From assembly GCA_009691915.1 (NCBI GenBank), contig SIAD01000002.1, forward strand, positions 118,562-182,561: a DNA stretch of 64,000 nucleotides, in the 5' to 3' direction. The notes below the pieces were generated by a model. It was not told where the DNA came from. It saw nothing but the letters and a program-made list of their open reading frames with translations, and made no database searches. Shown in pieces: positions 27,807 to 37,763 of the stretch. The DNA comes from Phycisphaerales bacterium. GTDB lineage: Bacteria > Planctomycetota > Phycisphaerae > Phycisphaerales > SM1A02. Numbering within the stretch: the first letter of the stretch is position 1; each line of letters begins with the position of its first letter. Both the position numbers and the translations under genes were made by a program.

Positions 27807-28847
27807 GTGGAAGCATCCGTCGCCCTACTCGCCGCCGCACTCGCGTCTGGCATGACAGGGTCGCCATCGCAGACGGCGGCGACCCAGACGGTCGCACCGC
27901 CGACGGCCCCAGTGGCCGCTCCCTGTCTCGACGGCGCGCACTTCGGAGTAGTCGATCGCTGCCCGCGGACACTACGCGAGTACCGAAGAAGCCGGAACTG
28001 GATGCCAAGTGAACTGGCAGTCGCGGAACTCGATGAATCGCAGGCCGACTTCGTCGCACTCGGCGCGGTGCTCGAACGCGACTGCGAGTGGGGAATTGAC
28101 TGGTACGCGACGCTTCCCGACCTCGTGCGCCTTCGAAGTGTGGCGTCACTGTTGGATGCGGACAGCCGACGGCTCGAACGGTTCAGCCGCCGTGAGGAGT
28201 CGACCACGCGGATCGTCGCCATGTTTTCACTGGCGCGCCTCCTTGCGACGCTTCCACGGCTCGATGCGCAGCGCGAAGCATCGAGGCTGGCGTGGCAGGC
28301 TGCGCAACGGGCAGAGCAGTTTCTCGCGTCGCCACAATCAGCCCAGTCGGCTGGGTTGATCCGGAGCGCGCTCGACGGCTATCTCCGTGAGCAAGCAGAG
28401 TCCTCACCTCGGATTCTGCAGACCGAACGGATTCGCTGGGTCTCGAGGCCATGCGACCGAATCAGGCTTGGCGAAGATGGCACCGGGCTCTTCCGCGCGG
28501 CGCGCGCCGAGCTGGCGTCAACGGTCACTACGGCAAACGAGTACCCGCTCTCGCGGCTCTCCGGCGAGCCGCTACTCACCGAGATGCGAGCCGCCGAGCG
28601 GTACTACGAGGCCGCGAATGAGGCGTGGAGCACCCCCGACGCAACCGCGCGCCTCGCCGACCTTGCTCGACGGGCCGAGAGGGCTGAGTTCGGGGCATGG
28701 GTCGCGGCCGCGCGGCCGGATTTCGTGCGCGTCCGCGGTGAACTTGAGAGGACGAACGCGGCGCTGAAGGAATTGCGGGCCCGTGCCAGCCCCCGTCCGG
28801 AACCGCGTCCGGCGTCTGCGCCTCCGGACGCCCGACCGACTGGCTGA
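27807..28847 (+). CDS. Hypothetical secreted protein with no recognisable domain
   Basis: Long ORF. Start moved to GTG 27807 (VEASVALLAAALASG, signal-like), so it does not overlap the thioesterase gene on the opposite strand. Confidence 0.5.
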   Translation: MEASVALLAAALASGMTGSPSQTAATQTVAPPTAPVAAPCLDGAHFGVVDRCPRTLREYRRSRNWMPSELAVAELDESQADFVALGAVLERDCEWGIDWYATLPDLVRLRSVASLLDADSRRLERFSRREESTTRIVAMFSLARLLATLPRLDAQREASRLAWQAAQRAEQFLASPQSAQSAGLIRSALDGYLREQAESSPRILQTERIRWVSRPCDRIRLGEDGTGLFRAARAELASTVTTANEYPLSRLSGEPLLTEMRAAERYYEAANEAWSTPDATARLADLARRAERAEFGAWVAAARPDFVRVRGELERTNAALKELRARASPRPEPRPASAPPDARPTG

Positions 28848-28875
28848 TCAGCCCGCAGCAACGGAGAGGGCGCGT

Positions 28876-29877
28876 CTAGGCGCGCGCGCTCCATCCGTAG
28901 GGGAGATATTCGTGGGTGAAGGTTCCATCGGTGGAGAGGTCGAGTACCCCGAACCCCTCGTGAAGTCCCTGATGCCGTCCCTTCCACCAGGCACCACTGA
29001 CCGCTCCGTCACAGATGTAAGTGACACCATCGGTAGAGCAACGGTCGAGGAGATGCTGATGGCCGGAGAGGCAGACCATCACACCCGCCGCCTTGAACAC
29101 ATTGTGGAGGGAGTGGCCGTCGGTGTGCATGCTCGCGGCGCTGATGATGGTGTCTTGACCGATGAGCTCACGAGATCGATGCTTTCCGTAGGTGATTGAT
29201 GTGAGGCTGAGGATCGGAATGTGTGAGAGCACAACTACTGGGCTTCCCGCGGGCCGTCCCTTCAGATCAGCATCCAGCCAGCGCGTCTGCTCATCGTCGC
29301 AGTAGGCGACATAGGCGTCGGGGCGGTCCTTGACTGGCTGCACGCTGTCGAGAACGACGAAGTGCCATCCAGCCATGTCGAAGGAGTAGTAGCGATTCGA
29401 CAGACCGAAGAGGTCCAGGCTGTACTGCTTGCCCCATGCGGGGCCGCCAGCTCCGGAGTCGCGCTTGGTCCATCCGTAGATGTCGTGGTTGCCGATGGCG
29501 TGGCGTGTCGGAATCTTGCAGTGCTTGGCGTAGGTTGTCGTGAAGAGTGCGCCGAGCTCTGTAGCACGCGCCTGCTTGGCTTCGAACACATCCATCACGC
29601 TGTCGCCGCCGACGAGGATGAGGTCCGGTGGCGGGCTGAGAGACTGCACCCCTTCGAGGCACATGGCGAGCCCCGCATCGCCGCCTCGCTCGGGCTGGAT
29701 GTGGATGTCGGTCAAGTGCGCGACGCGGAGTGCCCGTGTCGGCGGTGCGGTGGTGGCCGTCGCGGTCGGGGCGGATTGGTGTGACGAACCCTGTAGGTGA
29801 AGGGCGCGTGGAAACGCGAGCACCCCGGCCGCTGCGGCCGTTGAGAGTAGAAAGGTGCGACGGTCGATGTCATTCAT
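28876..29877 (-). CDS. TAT-signal metallophosphoesterase
   Basis: Start re-set to MNDIDRRTFLLSTAAAAGVLAF (twin-arginine signal). Motifs HLTDIHI, GGDSVMD, GNHD, SGHQH. Confidence 0.8.
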   Translation of the reverse strand: MNDIDRRTFLLSTAAAAGVLAFPRALHLQGSSHQSAPTATATTAPPTRALRVAHLTDIHIQPERGGDAGLAMCLEGVQSLSPPPDLILVGGDSVMDVFEAKQARATELGALFTTTYAKHCKIPTRHAIGNHDIYGWTKRDSGAGGPAWGKQYSLDLFGLSNRYYSFDMAGWHFVVLDSVQPVKDRPDAYVAYCDDEQTRWLDADLKGRPAGSPVVVLSHIPILSLTSITYGKHRSRELIGQDTIISAASMHTDGHSLHNVFKAAGVMVCLSGHQHLLDRCSTDGVTYICDGAVSGAWWKGRHQGLHEGFGVLDLSTDGTFTHEYLPYGWSARA

Positions 29878-30910
29878 GGTGGCTCCTAGAAGTCTGCTGA
29901 GGATTGAGCAGCGAAACGATTGTCTGGGCGAGCAGTCTGACAGATCGAGGGGCGGATCCCTCGGCCTTATTGTTGATGATGACGAAGGCGTGCTTCTGGG
30001 CCTCGCAGGCCAGTACGCAGAGTCGCGCGAACTCCATGCGGCTTCCGGGATCGGGATCGACGATCCGGTCGAATGGTTCGTAGCGCTCGACTGCCCCGTG
30101 ATACGAGAGTCCCGAGTGCAGCATCCAGCGCCCGACGAAGGCGCGCTGCGACCCAGGCTCGACGCACTTGGCCTGCTCGAGTGGCGGCGGCTGGCTCGGG
30201 TGGACGCTGTAGCAGTGCATGCATCCGGTGTCCGCAAGCATTGCACTCCATGAGGGTCGCAGGAGAATCCGGTCGCGCACTTCGACCCCGTAGAGCGGCC
30301 CCTGCGGAAGCGCGCCGAGAAACGCTCCAAGGTCGCGGATGAAACCCTCGGCCCGTGCCTCCGAACGAAGACCCATCGGCGAAAACTGGAGGACGATCGG
30401 TCCAGCCGCATCGCCAAGTCCCGCGATGACCGGTTCGATCACCTGCTCGATGGCGTACTTCGCATCGAGCCACAGCGAACAGTCGCTGCCGGACGATCCT
30501 TCGGCATCCCGGCGGGTCAGCGCTTCGTGGGCCTTGACGAGGAACCGGAACGAGCGTGGCACTTGTGCGCGCAGCCGCTCGAACTCCTCACGCGGCGCCG
30601 GTCGGTAGTAAGTCTTGTCGATTCCAACCGTGCGCAGCAGTGGATGGGCGGAGTAGGCACGCAGCCCCTCGCGTGCCAGCGTTGATTCCGTGACTTCTCG
30701 GTCCCACACTGCGCCGCGCCATCCCGGGAAACTCCAGGAGCTCGTTCCCAGCGCGATGGTTTTGGGCAAGGCCGCCGCGAGCGCCGCGATCCCATCATCG
30801 AGGGGCGCTAGCAGCGGAACCCGTGACGGGCGTCGCGCCGGCGAGTGCTCCTCGGAACCAGAATCGTCGCCAAAGAGAAGCCCTTGGTTGGGATCATGCC
30901 TTTGCACCAC
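29870..30910 (-). CDS. DUF72 (YecE/UPF0759) family protein
   Basis: Motif GTSSWSFPGWRGAVWD plus overall DUF72-like layout. Confidence 0.75.
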   Translation of the reverse strand: MVQRHDPNQGLLFGDDSGSEEHSPARRPSRVPLLAPLDDGIAALAAALPKTIALGTSSWSFPGWRGAVWDREVTESTLAREGLRAYSAHPLLRTVGIDKTYYRPAPREEFERLRAQVPRSFRFLVKAHEALTRRDAEGSSGSDCSLWLDAKYAIEQVIEPVIAGLGDAAGPIVLQFSPMGLRSEARAEGFIRDLGAFLGALPQGPLYGVEVRDRILLRPSWSAMLADTGCMHCYSVHPSQPPPLEQAKCVEPGSQRAFVGRWMLHSGLSYHGAVERYEPFDRIVDPDPGSRMEFARLCVLACEAQKHAFVIINNKAEGSAPRSVRLLAQTIVSLLNPQQTSRSHHE

Positions 30911-30962
30911 GGGTACTCAGACTATCCCCGCACCCACACGCGACCAATCGAACCACTCGTAC

Positions 30963-32132
30963 CTACCGGAGCGCGACTTCAACGATCGACACATCGTCGG
31001 TGTACTGCTCGAAACCCTGAAGACCACGGGTGTATGAGAGCATGCGCGCCACGGGGTCGGCGGAGCGGAGCGCATCGGTCTGCGCGAACGCGCGGAATTC
31101 CGAGTGCGACCAGACCGAGCCGTCGGGGAGTGGGATCTCGACGATGCCGTCGCTGTACAGATAGAGGCGATCACCCGCTTCGAGCGTCACGGTCGATTCC
31201 TCGTACTCGAATTCCGGCACGATCCCGACGGGGGTGCCCTGCGAGTCAAGTTCGACCCATTCGCCTGACGCGCGTGCGATGATCATCGGTGGATGACCCG
31301 CGCCTGCGAATGTGAGCCGCCGTGAGGGACGGTGGAGGATCCCGTACCAGCCGGTGAAGTACATGCCGCGGTTGCTGTCCATCGGGAAGGCCGCGTTGAG
31401 CCTCGTCATGACTGCGGACGGAGAGAGGAGGGACTCGACCGAGTGACCCGCGGCAGTAAGCGCACGGCTGGCGCTCACCGAGAGGAGCGCGGGACCGACC
31501 CCGTGACCACAGACATCGATGATGTAGAGCGCGAGGTTTCCGTCGCCAAGGTCGTGCCACCCGAAAAAGTCGCCGCCCAACTGTGCGCTGGGGATGAACT
31601 CGCCACGAACAGAAATGTCAGATGCCTCAATCGCCTCCGGCAGTAGCGAACGCACATATTCCCCGGCGAGGTCGAGCTCCTCTTTGATCTGGCGGTACGC
31701 GGCGTTGCGTTCCAGCAGCGCGCGATACCCGCGCGAGTGGTAGCGAAGGCGCGCGATTATCTCGATCGGGTCGGGGAGCTTGACGAGATAGTCGTTTGCG
31801 CCCCGCGCGAACGCCTCAGCCTTGGTGACCGCCTCCTCCTTCGACGAGAGCACGATCAGGGGGACGAGCCGCGTCGCTTCGTCCTTTCGGTACTCGAGCA
31901 CAAGATCGAGACCGTCGATCCCGGGCATCACGAGATCCTGCAGGATGACCGTAGGCGAAAGTTCCCGCGCCGTTGCGAGCGCCTTTGTCGGATCCTGACA
32001 GAAGTGGTAGTCGATGTCCGGAGCGGTCGCGCAGATGCGTCGCATCGCCTCCCCGATGATCGCCTGATCGTCGACGAGCAGCACGACAACCCGTGCGTTT
32101 TCGTCCGCCAAGGCGGTGGCGTGTTCGCTCAT
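30963..32132 (-). CDS. Response regulator with a PP2C/SpoIIE-type phosphatase output domain
   Basis: REC domain (VLLVDDQ..., ILQDLVMPGIDG, ..VLSSKEE). SpoIIE domain (QLGGDFFGW, IIDVCGHGVGPALL, AGAGHPP, YLYSDGIVE). Confidence 0.85.
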   Translation of the reverse strand: MSEHATALADENARVVVLLVDDQAIIGEAMRRICATAPDIDYHFCQDPTKALATARELSPTVILQDLVMPGIDGLDLVLEYRKDEATRLVPLIVLSSKEEAVTKAEAFARGANDYLVKLPDPIEIIARLRYHSRGYRALLERNAAYRQIKEELDLAGEYVRSLLPEAIEASDISVRGEFIPSAQLGGDFFGWHDLGDGNLALYIIDVCGHGVGPALLSVSASRALTAAGHSVESLLSPSAVMTRLNAAFPMDSNRGMYFTGWYGILHRPSRRLTFAGAGHPPMIIARASGEWVELDSQGTPVGIVPEFEYEESTVTLEAGDRLYLYSDGIVEIPLPDGSVWSHSEFRAFAQTDALRSADPVARMLSYTRGLQGFEQYTDDVSIVEVALR

Positions 32133-32153
32133 GGAACTCTGAGAGTACGGTCT

Positions 32154-33215
32154 TCAGCCTGCGCCGTGGCGGTACATGCTGAAGGAGCGCAACTCTCGCG
32201 CGACTGCCGGGCCGATCGACTGGAGGGGAAGAATCTCACATGCGCCGCCGAGCGCGACAGCCGAACCCGGCATTCCCCAGACGATGCTTGTGGCCTCATC
32301 CTGAGCGATCGTGTGCCAGCCCGCATCCCTGAGCGCTCGTAGCCCCTCGGCGCCGTCGTGTCCCATTCCGGTGAGGAGGACTGCGACTCCGGAGGCACCG
32401 CGCTCGCGAGCAATGCTCTTGAAGAACACATCGATGCTCGGGCGGTGAATGTCATTGGGTGAACTGGGCGTGTACCTCAGCAGTCCACCATCCATCACCA
32501 GGTGACCGTCCGTCGCAGCGACGAGCGAGTCGCCGGCCGCCAGAATGTCACCATCGGTTGCCGTGCGGATCCTGCGGTGGGTCTCCGACGCAAGCCACTG
32601 CGCCAGGCCACCTATGTAGGCGAGGTCGATGTGCTGGATCATCGCACAGCAGCAGCTCGATGATGCCTCGCCGAGTCCGCTGAGCACGACCGAGAGCGCG
32701 TGCGGACCACCGGTCGAAGCGCCAAGTGCGACGAGGGGAACACCCCGAGTGTGGGCGTGCGACCTCGCCAGTTGCGACCCATCCACACCAAGTGCACGAC
32801 TCGCTCGAGTGAGGGGGCGTGCCGCCGCCGACTCGAGGGCAACCCGCGCCTTGCGCTCGAGAAGGTCGACCCCCGCGACCGATCCATCGGATGCCAGAGT
32901 CGGCGTCTGGACCGCATCGATCGCCCCCGCACTGAGCGCCTCGTAGACGAGAGAGAGGTTGCCCTCAATGCTGCTGGTGACGACGAGAATCGGGCACGGG
33001 CACTCCTTCATGATGGCGCGAGTGGCGACGGCACCGTCCATCACGGGCATCACCATGTCCATCAGCACAAGATCGGGCCGATCCGTGTGGCATCGCGCAA
33101 GCGCTTCGTGGCCATCAGCGGCGACCCATGCCACACTTGCGCCGGGAATAGCCTCGACGGCGCTCGTGAGCACCGCTTGGGCCAGCCTCAGGTCGTTCAC
33201 AATGGCAACTCGCAC
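32154..33215 (-). CDS. cheB: Chemotaxis protein-glutamate methylesterase (REC-CheB)
   Basis: REC domain plus methylesterase domain (ALGASTGGP, LTGMGHDGA, QDEATSIVWGMPG). Confidence 0.9.
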   Translation of the reverse strand: MRVAIVNDLRLAQAVLTSAVEAIPGASVAWVAADGHEALARCHTDRPDLVLMDMVMPVMDGAVATRAIMKECPCPILVVTSSIEGNLSLVYEALSAGAIDAVQTPTLASDGSVAGVDLLERKARVALESAAARPLTRASRALGVDGSQLARSHAHTRGVPLVALGASTGGPHALSVVLSGLGEASSSCCCAMIQHIDLAYIGGLAQWLASETHRRIRTATDGDILAAGDSLVAATDGHLVMDGGLLRYTPSSPNDIHRPSIDVFFKSIARERGASGVAVLLTGMGHDGAEGLRALRDAGWHTIAQDEATSIVWGMPGSAVALGGACEILPLQSIGPAVARELRSFSMYRHGAG

Positions 33216-35452
33216 TAGCGCGCCTCTCCAATCAGGCCGACAATCGTCTGGAGGAACGAACGATCCTGGAATGATCCCTTAGTGAGATAGGCGGACGCGC
33301 CGGCTTCCATCCCCGCCAATCGATCCTCGTCGCGGTCCTTGTAGCTGACGATCACCACGGGGATCGACGCGAACCGAGGGTCGGCGCGAAGCCGCTTGAC
33401 GAGCTCGATCCCGTTCATCCTCGGCATGTCGATATCGCTGACTACGAGGTCGTACCCGCCCTTCTGAAGCGCGTTCCATCCATCGACTCCGTCGACCGCA
33501 GTCTCGACGGCGTACCCGGCCCGCACGAGCATCTGCCGCTCGACTTCTCGCACCGTGATGGAATCCTCGACGACAAGCACCCGTCGCACAGTCGACGCTC
33601 GCGTCTGCGAGGCCACTGAGGATCCTCGCAAACGGCCTTGCTCGAGGAGTTGGATGGCCGACTGCACAAGATCGTCGGTGTCGAGGATGAGCAGCAGTTC
33701 GCCACTCTCGCGGATACTCGCTGCATCGACATGCGCAACATCGCCGAGCCTCGGGTCAAGGCGCCTGACCACAAGGTCCTCTTCGCCTAGAAAATCATCG
33801 ACCATGAGGCCAATGGTGCGCTGGCCGGCGAGAACGCTGATGATCGATACCGTCTCAGTCTGAGGCGCGGGATTGGTTGTCCCGGTCTCGAGCAGTTCCT
33901 CCGCACCCACTATCCCGACGCACTCGCCGCGGATCGTGAACGCCGGGCGCCCCTCGACCATCGAAATGGCGTTGCGTTCGATGCGGTCGATTCGCTCAAG
34001 CCGCGAAAGGGCCATCGCATAGGGTTCGCCGCCTATCGCGACCACCGCGGCCCGCACGACAGACAGGGTGACTGGAAGCCTAAGCGCAAAAGATGTCCCC
34101 TCGGAATCAGAGCGCACATCGACCGATCCGCCCACGGCATGGACCATCGATTGAACGACATCGAGACCAACCCCGCGGCCGGAGATGTCGGTCACCTTCT
34201 CCGCCGTTGACAATCCCGGGAGGAAGAGAAAGTCGAAGAGCTCGGAGTCGTCGAGCGCGGCGAGTGTCGACTGTTCCGCCAGACCCTTCTCGGCGATCCG
34301 CTGTCGGAGCCGTTCGCGGTCGATCCCCCGCCCGTCATCGCGGACTTCGACCACGAGGCCGCCAGCATGGTGGCCGGCCCGCACTCGTAGCGACGCCTGG
34401 CGCGGCTTACCTTTGGCCGTCCGTTCGTCGGGGGACTCGATGCCATGGTCAATCGCGTTTCGAATGAGGTGCCCAAGCGGCGCCTCGAGTTGCCGCAGGA
34501 TTTCGCGGTCGACCGGAACCTGCTCGCCGAGGACCTCGACTCTCACGTCCTTGCCCAGTGACCGCGCAATGTCGCGCACCGAGCGGGGAAATGTTCCGCA
34601 GGCATCTCCGAACGGACGCATCCGGCTGGACACGGCCTCGTGATGCAGCGCGCTTGCCAGTTCTTCCCCGCGGCGTAAGTGCTCCTCGACCTGAGCGAGC
34701 GCGTCGTCGAGCGCCTGTCGACTCGTCGCGGCGGCACCGATGGCAGCTCCAGCGGCAGGAGATGGAGCCGACATCAGGTCGAGCGCGTCGGCGAGTTGCC
34801 GCTGCGCGGCCTTGGCCCGCGTCAGCGTCCGGCGCACCGAGCCGAGCCTGCGTGTTTCAACCAATGATTCCCCCGAGAGTTCAAGGATCCTATCGAGACG
34901 GGACGACGACACGAGGACACCCGCACTGTGTGCGATCGGCGCTGCGGCCGTGGGTGCCGGATGGGGAACCGCCGGGGGTGTCGCCGGGCGTGCCGCTGTG
35001 ACCTCAATTGACGCGAAGTGCTCTGCCGTGCGCGGCTGCGTCGATGGCGGCGCCGCGGGCGATGACGAGAAGCACTCGCTCAGGGCAATGATCGTCTTGC
35101 GCTCCTGCTCGAGCCACAGGCGTGCGTCATCTTCCGAAGTCCGTTGAGCGATTGCCGCGAGCGTGTCACTTCCCTTTAGCAGCTGGTCGATCCGCTCTGG
35201 TGTCGGTCGCTCCTGCCCCTTCTGGACGCGGATCAAGCACTCCTCCATCGCATGGGCCAGATGCACCGCGACATCGAGGTTGACGATTCGCGCCGCCCCC
35301 TTGATCGAGTGCGCCGCACGCATCAGCGGTTCGACAAGCTTCGGGTCGCTGGCGCGTTGTTCCAAGGCGACGAGTCCGTCGGCAAGCGTCGCAGCATGCT
35401 GGAGCACCTCAGTCTGAAAGAGGTCGAACATGGAGAACCCACCGAGATCCAT
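33215..35452 (-). CDS. cheA: Hybrid CheA histidine kinase (Hpt-dimerisation-HATPase-CheW-REC)
   Basis: Start re-set to MDLGGFSMFDLF (ATG 35452). Hpt motif AHSIKGAARI; HATPase motifs HLIRNAIDHGIE and DDGRGID, GRGVGLDVV. Also carries a CheW-like domain and a C-terminal REC (VLVVEDS..., VVSDIDMPRMNG). Confidence 0.9.
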   Translation of the reverse strand: MDLGGFSMFDLFQTEVLQHAATLADGLVALEQRASDPKLVEPLMRAAHSIKGAARIVNLDVAVHLAHAMEECLIRVQKGQERPTPERIDQLLKGSDTLAAIAQRTSEDDARLWLEQERKTIIALSECFSSSPAAPPSTQPRTAEHFASIEVTAARPATPPAVPHPAPTAAAPIAHSAGVLVSSSRLDRILELSGESLVETRRLGSVRRTLTRAKAAQRQLADALDLMSAPSPAAGAAIGAAATSRQALDDALAQVEEHLRRGEELASALHHEAVSSRMRPFGDACGTFPRSVRDIARSLGKDVRVEVLGEQVPVDREILRQLEAPLGHLIRNAIDHGIESPDERTAKGKPRQASLRVRAGHHAGGLVVEVRDDGRGIDRERLRQRIAEKGLAEQSTLAALDDSELFDFLFLPGLSTAEKVTDISGRGVGLDVVQSMVHAVGGSVDVRSDSEGTSFALRLPVTLSVVRAAVVAIGGEPYAMALSRLERIDRIERNAISMVEGRPAFTIRGECVGIVGAEELLETGTTNPAPQTETVSIISVLAGQRTIGLMVDDFLGEEDLVVRRLDPRLGDVAHVDAASIRESGELLLILDTDDLVQSAIQLLEQGRLRGSSVASQTRASTVRRVLVVEDSITVREVERQMLVRAGYAVETAVDGVDGWNALQKGGYDLVVSDIDMPRMNGIELVKRLRADPRFASIPVVIVSYKDRDEDRLAGMEAGASAYLTKGSFQDRSFLQTIVGLIGEAR

Positions 35453-35454
35453 GG

Positions 35455-36036
35455 TCACCCCATCGCCTTTGTAAACGCTTCGGTCATCCGAACGGAGTCG
35501 ATCAGGGACGCCGGTCCGTGCGTCGATGTGACGATCCCGCAGGTGATTCGCTCTGGGGTCTGCTCGACGGTCAGGGGCAATGGCCTGACTGCCGCCGCAG
35601 GCAGCGCGTACACGCCAGGTACCTCGTCCGCTTCGAACGCCCAGGACGCGTGGCGCTGTCCAACCTGGACCATGCGAGGATTCCGCGCCACGGTCGGTAG
35701 TGCGCGGGTGAGCCCAAGCAGTCCCGTGAGATCGATCACTGGAACGATTTCGCCAGAGATTGCCGTGAGTCCGCGAAACGCCTTGGTCGTGCGATGTGGA
35801 AGTGGATGGACCCGTGTCACCTTTGAGACATGCACGACATCTGCGGCGTCGAGTGCGAACCACTCGGTGCCGCATCGGACAATGAGGAGATTGCGCTGCG
35901 CCTCCCGTCGCGAGGCCCGCGGCTGCGCGCTCGTCTTCGTCGCCTCGGCGATGTGCGAAGGCTGCGCGGGACGGTCAAGGAGACGGGCCATGGCGTCGAG
36001 CGGAGCCTTTGCGTCATGGTGCTTCGGGTCGGTCAT
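35455..36036 (-). CDS. cheW: CheW-like coupling protein
   Basis: Motif LLIVRCGTEWFALDAADVVHV plus position in the che operon. Confidence 0.8.
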   Translation of the reverse strand: MTDPKHHDAKAPLDAMARLLDRPAQPSHIAEATKTSAQPRASRREAQRNLLIVRCGTEWFALDAADVVHVSKVTRVHPLPHRTTKAFRGLTAISGEIVPVIDLTGLLGLTRALPTVARNPRMVQVGQRHASWAFEADEVPGVYALPAAAVRPLPLTVEQTPERITCGIVTSTHGPASLIDSVRMTEAFTKAMG

Positions 36037-36049
36037 GCGTGCTCGCGAA

Positions 36050-37300
36050 TCACTGGTCCATCACCCGCCGCGCACGAAGCCGGAAGTTCTCTGCCTCCTC
36101 GGTTCGTCCGAGCGCCAGCGAGAGTTCAGCCAGCGCCAGCAGTGCCGGGCCATGGCGTGGCTCAAGGTATACGAGCCGCTGATAGGACCGATGTGCCTCC
36201 TCACGATGATCCTGCGCGGCGTGTACGCCAGCGAGAAGTTCGAGCAGCACCGTGTCGGCCGGGTGCTCGCGCAGTGCCGACTGCGTCAGCTGCTGCGCAT
36301 CCGCAAGGCGTCTCTTGGCGACGAGAGAGCGCACCTCTCGCGCGAGGGACTCCGAGGCATCTCGCGTGGGCTTCGCCGCGACCGACGCTTGTGGCTGGGA
36401 AGTCGGCCCCGGCGCGGGACTCAGCCTGTTGTGAGCGCTCGGCGCAGCGCGCGGCGGGGTCTTTCGGAGGAGACTTGCCGCGGCGGCGGGGGATGTGCCT
36501 GAGGTCGGTCTCCACGCGAACGCCGATGGCGGGCCAACCGACACGAGGAGCGATCCCTCGTTGAGTCCGTCCGCGTGGCCGAGCAGAATCGCGCCATCAG
36601 GACGGGTCCACTGAACGATCCGTCGTCGAAGGGCACTACGCAGCGCGGGGTCGAGGTAGATCAGCACATTTCGGCAGAGCACCGCGTCCATCGGTTCGGA
36701 GAATCCAAACCCGTCGACGAGTAGGTCAGCGGCCTCAAAGCGCACGCAAGAGCGGACTTCCGACGACACTTTCGGCGCGCCGCCTTCGGCGGTGATCCAC
36801 GGTGGGCTCCATGGAGGCAGGGGCTCACGCAGCGCACCCCGCAGGATTTCTCCCTGCGCGGCGCCAGCCAGAGCATCCGCGTTGCGGTCGATCGCGTGGA
36901 CGACCACTCTGTCTGGATTCCATCCGCTGGCAAGCGCGCACGCGGCGATGCACCACGCCTCGACCCCTGTCGCGCACCCAAGGCTCGCGACTACGAGGCG
37001 CGATTGCGGGCCACGCCTCATGGATTCAAACTCACCCCGTAGGAACTCAAAGCTCGCTGGATACCGAAAGAGCCAGGTCTCGGGAACGGAGAACTCCGAG
37101 GCGAGTCTGACGAGTTCGTCGGCATCCCCCAGCACCCGCTGCAAGTACGCCTTCGAAGAGGCCTCGCCCAAGACACCCATGCGATTTCTGACGGCCCACT
37201 CGAGGGACGGGCCCTGCAGGAGGGAGAGCGCGAGCCCGGCGCGCTCTCCGAGCAGCGCGGCCAGCTCGTGGTGCTCGTCCAACGGAGAACGGTTCGTCAT
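36050..37300 (-). CDS. cheR: CheR methyltransferase with a C-terminal TPR region
   Basis: Motifs VASLGCATGVEAW and CRNVLIYLD; TPR-like tail (LELLAGVHAAQDHREEAHRSYQRLVYLEPRHGPALLALAELS). ATG 37300 overlaps the upstream stop (ATGA). Confidence 0.85.
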   Translation of the reverse strand: MTNRSPLDEHHELAALLGERAGLALSLLQGPSLEWAVRNRMGVLGEASSKAYLQRVLGDADELVRLASEFSVPETWLFRYPASFEFLRGEFESMRRGPQSRLVVASLGCATGVEAWCIAACALASGWNPDRVVVHAIDRNADALAGAAQGEILRGALREPLPPWSPPWITAEGGAPKVSSEVRSCVRFEAADLLVDGFGFSEPMDAVLCRNVLIYLDPALRSALRRRIVQWTRPDGAILLGHADGLNEGSLLVSVGPPSAFAWRPTSGTSPAAAASLLRKTPPRAAPSAHNRLSPAPGPTSQPQASVAAKPTRDASESLAREVRSLVAKRRLADAQQLTQSALREHPADTVLLELLAGVHAAQDHREEAHRSYQRLVYLEPRHGPALLALAELSLALGRTEEAENFRLRARRVMDQ

Positions 37301-37755
37301 CGTGACTGGGCCGCTTGCCGGAAGAGCGTGCGATGTTCCGGCGTCAACAGTGCTGCGGGATCCAGCAGGGTGATCGCTCCTCCCTCGTCCGCCGCGACCG
37401 CGGCCAGCGTCCCCAGCCCCGCACCCGCAATCCACGGATGCGAGGCGTGCGAGGCGAAGTCGATGCTGAGGAGCCCGCCGATGCGCCCCACGACAAGAGC
37501 CAGCCGGATCCCTCCGCAGTGTTCAGGGCGAAGGAGAACGATTCGCGCGTTCATGGTTCGCGCCGTCGGAGTCCCCTTGGCGATCATCGTGGCATCGATG
37601 AGCGGTACGAACGCTCCTCGCAGCCGGGCCATTCCCAGCATCCACGGCGGAGTTCCCGCGATCGTGTGTGCCTCGACCAGCGGGAGGACCTCATCGATCG
37701 ACTCAATTGGGATCGCACAGCGCTGATCTGCGAGCCATGCCTCGACAATGCGCAT
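37297..37755 (-). CDS. cheW: CheW-like coupling protein
   Basis: Motif RCAIPIESIDEVLPLVE...GMARLRGAFVPLID. Confidence 0.8.
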   Translation of the reverse strand: MRIVEAWLADQRCAIPIESIDEVLPLVEAHTIAGTPPWMLGMARLRGAFVPLIDATMIAKGTPTARTMNARIVLLRPEHCGGIRLALVVGRIGGLLSIDFASHASHPWIAGAGLGTLAAVAADEGGAITLLDPAALLTPEHRTLFRQAAQSR

Positions 37756-37763
37756 GGCGTCAG

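Noticed and set aside
29878-30417. An N-terminal 180-aa extension of the TAT metallophosphoesterase ORF (table 28876-30417).
   Set aside because: The extension overlaps the DUF72 gene in another frame and is Arg/Ser-rich. A clean twin-arginine signal starts at the internal Met (ATG 29877).
35252-36502. A 416-aa ORF on the + strand, together with similar long antisense ORFs at 9068-10432, 43183-44589, 45032-46261, 47145-48053, 49671-50591, 55919-56896, 59070-60059, 60068-61108 and 62598-63404.
   Set aside because: These are shadow ORFs opposite well-supported genes (cheW/cheR, SNF2, kup, solA, Gfo/Idh/MocA, PAP2-GT-C, DUF1080/MarC, DUF1015, the HD-GYP gene, acs). Their products are Arg/Pro/Gly-rich with no recognisable motifs, as expected in high-GC DNA.
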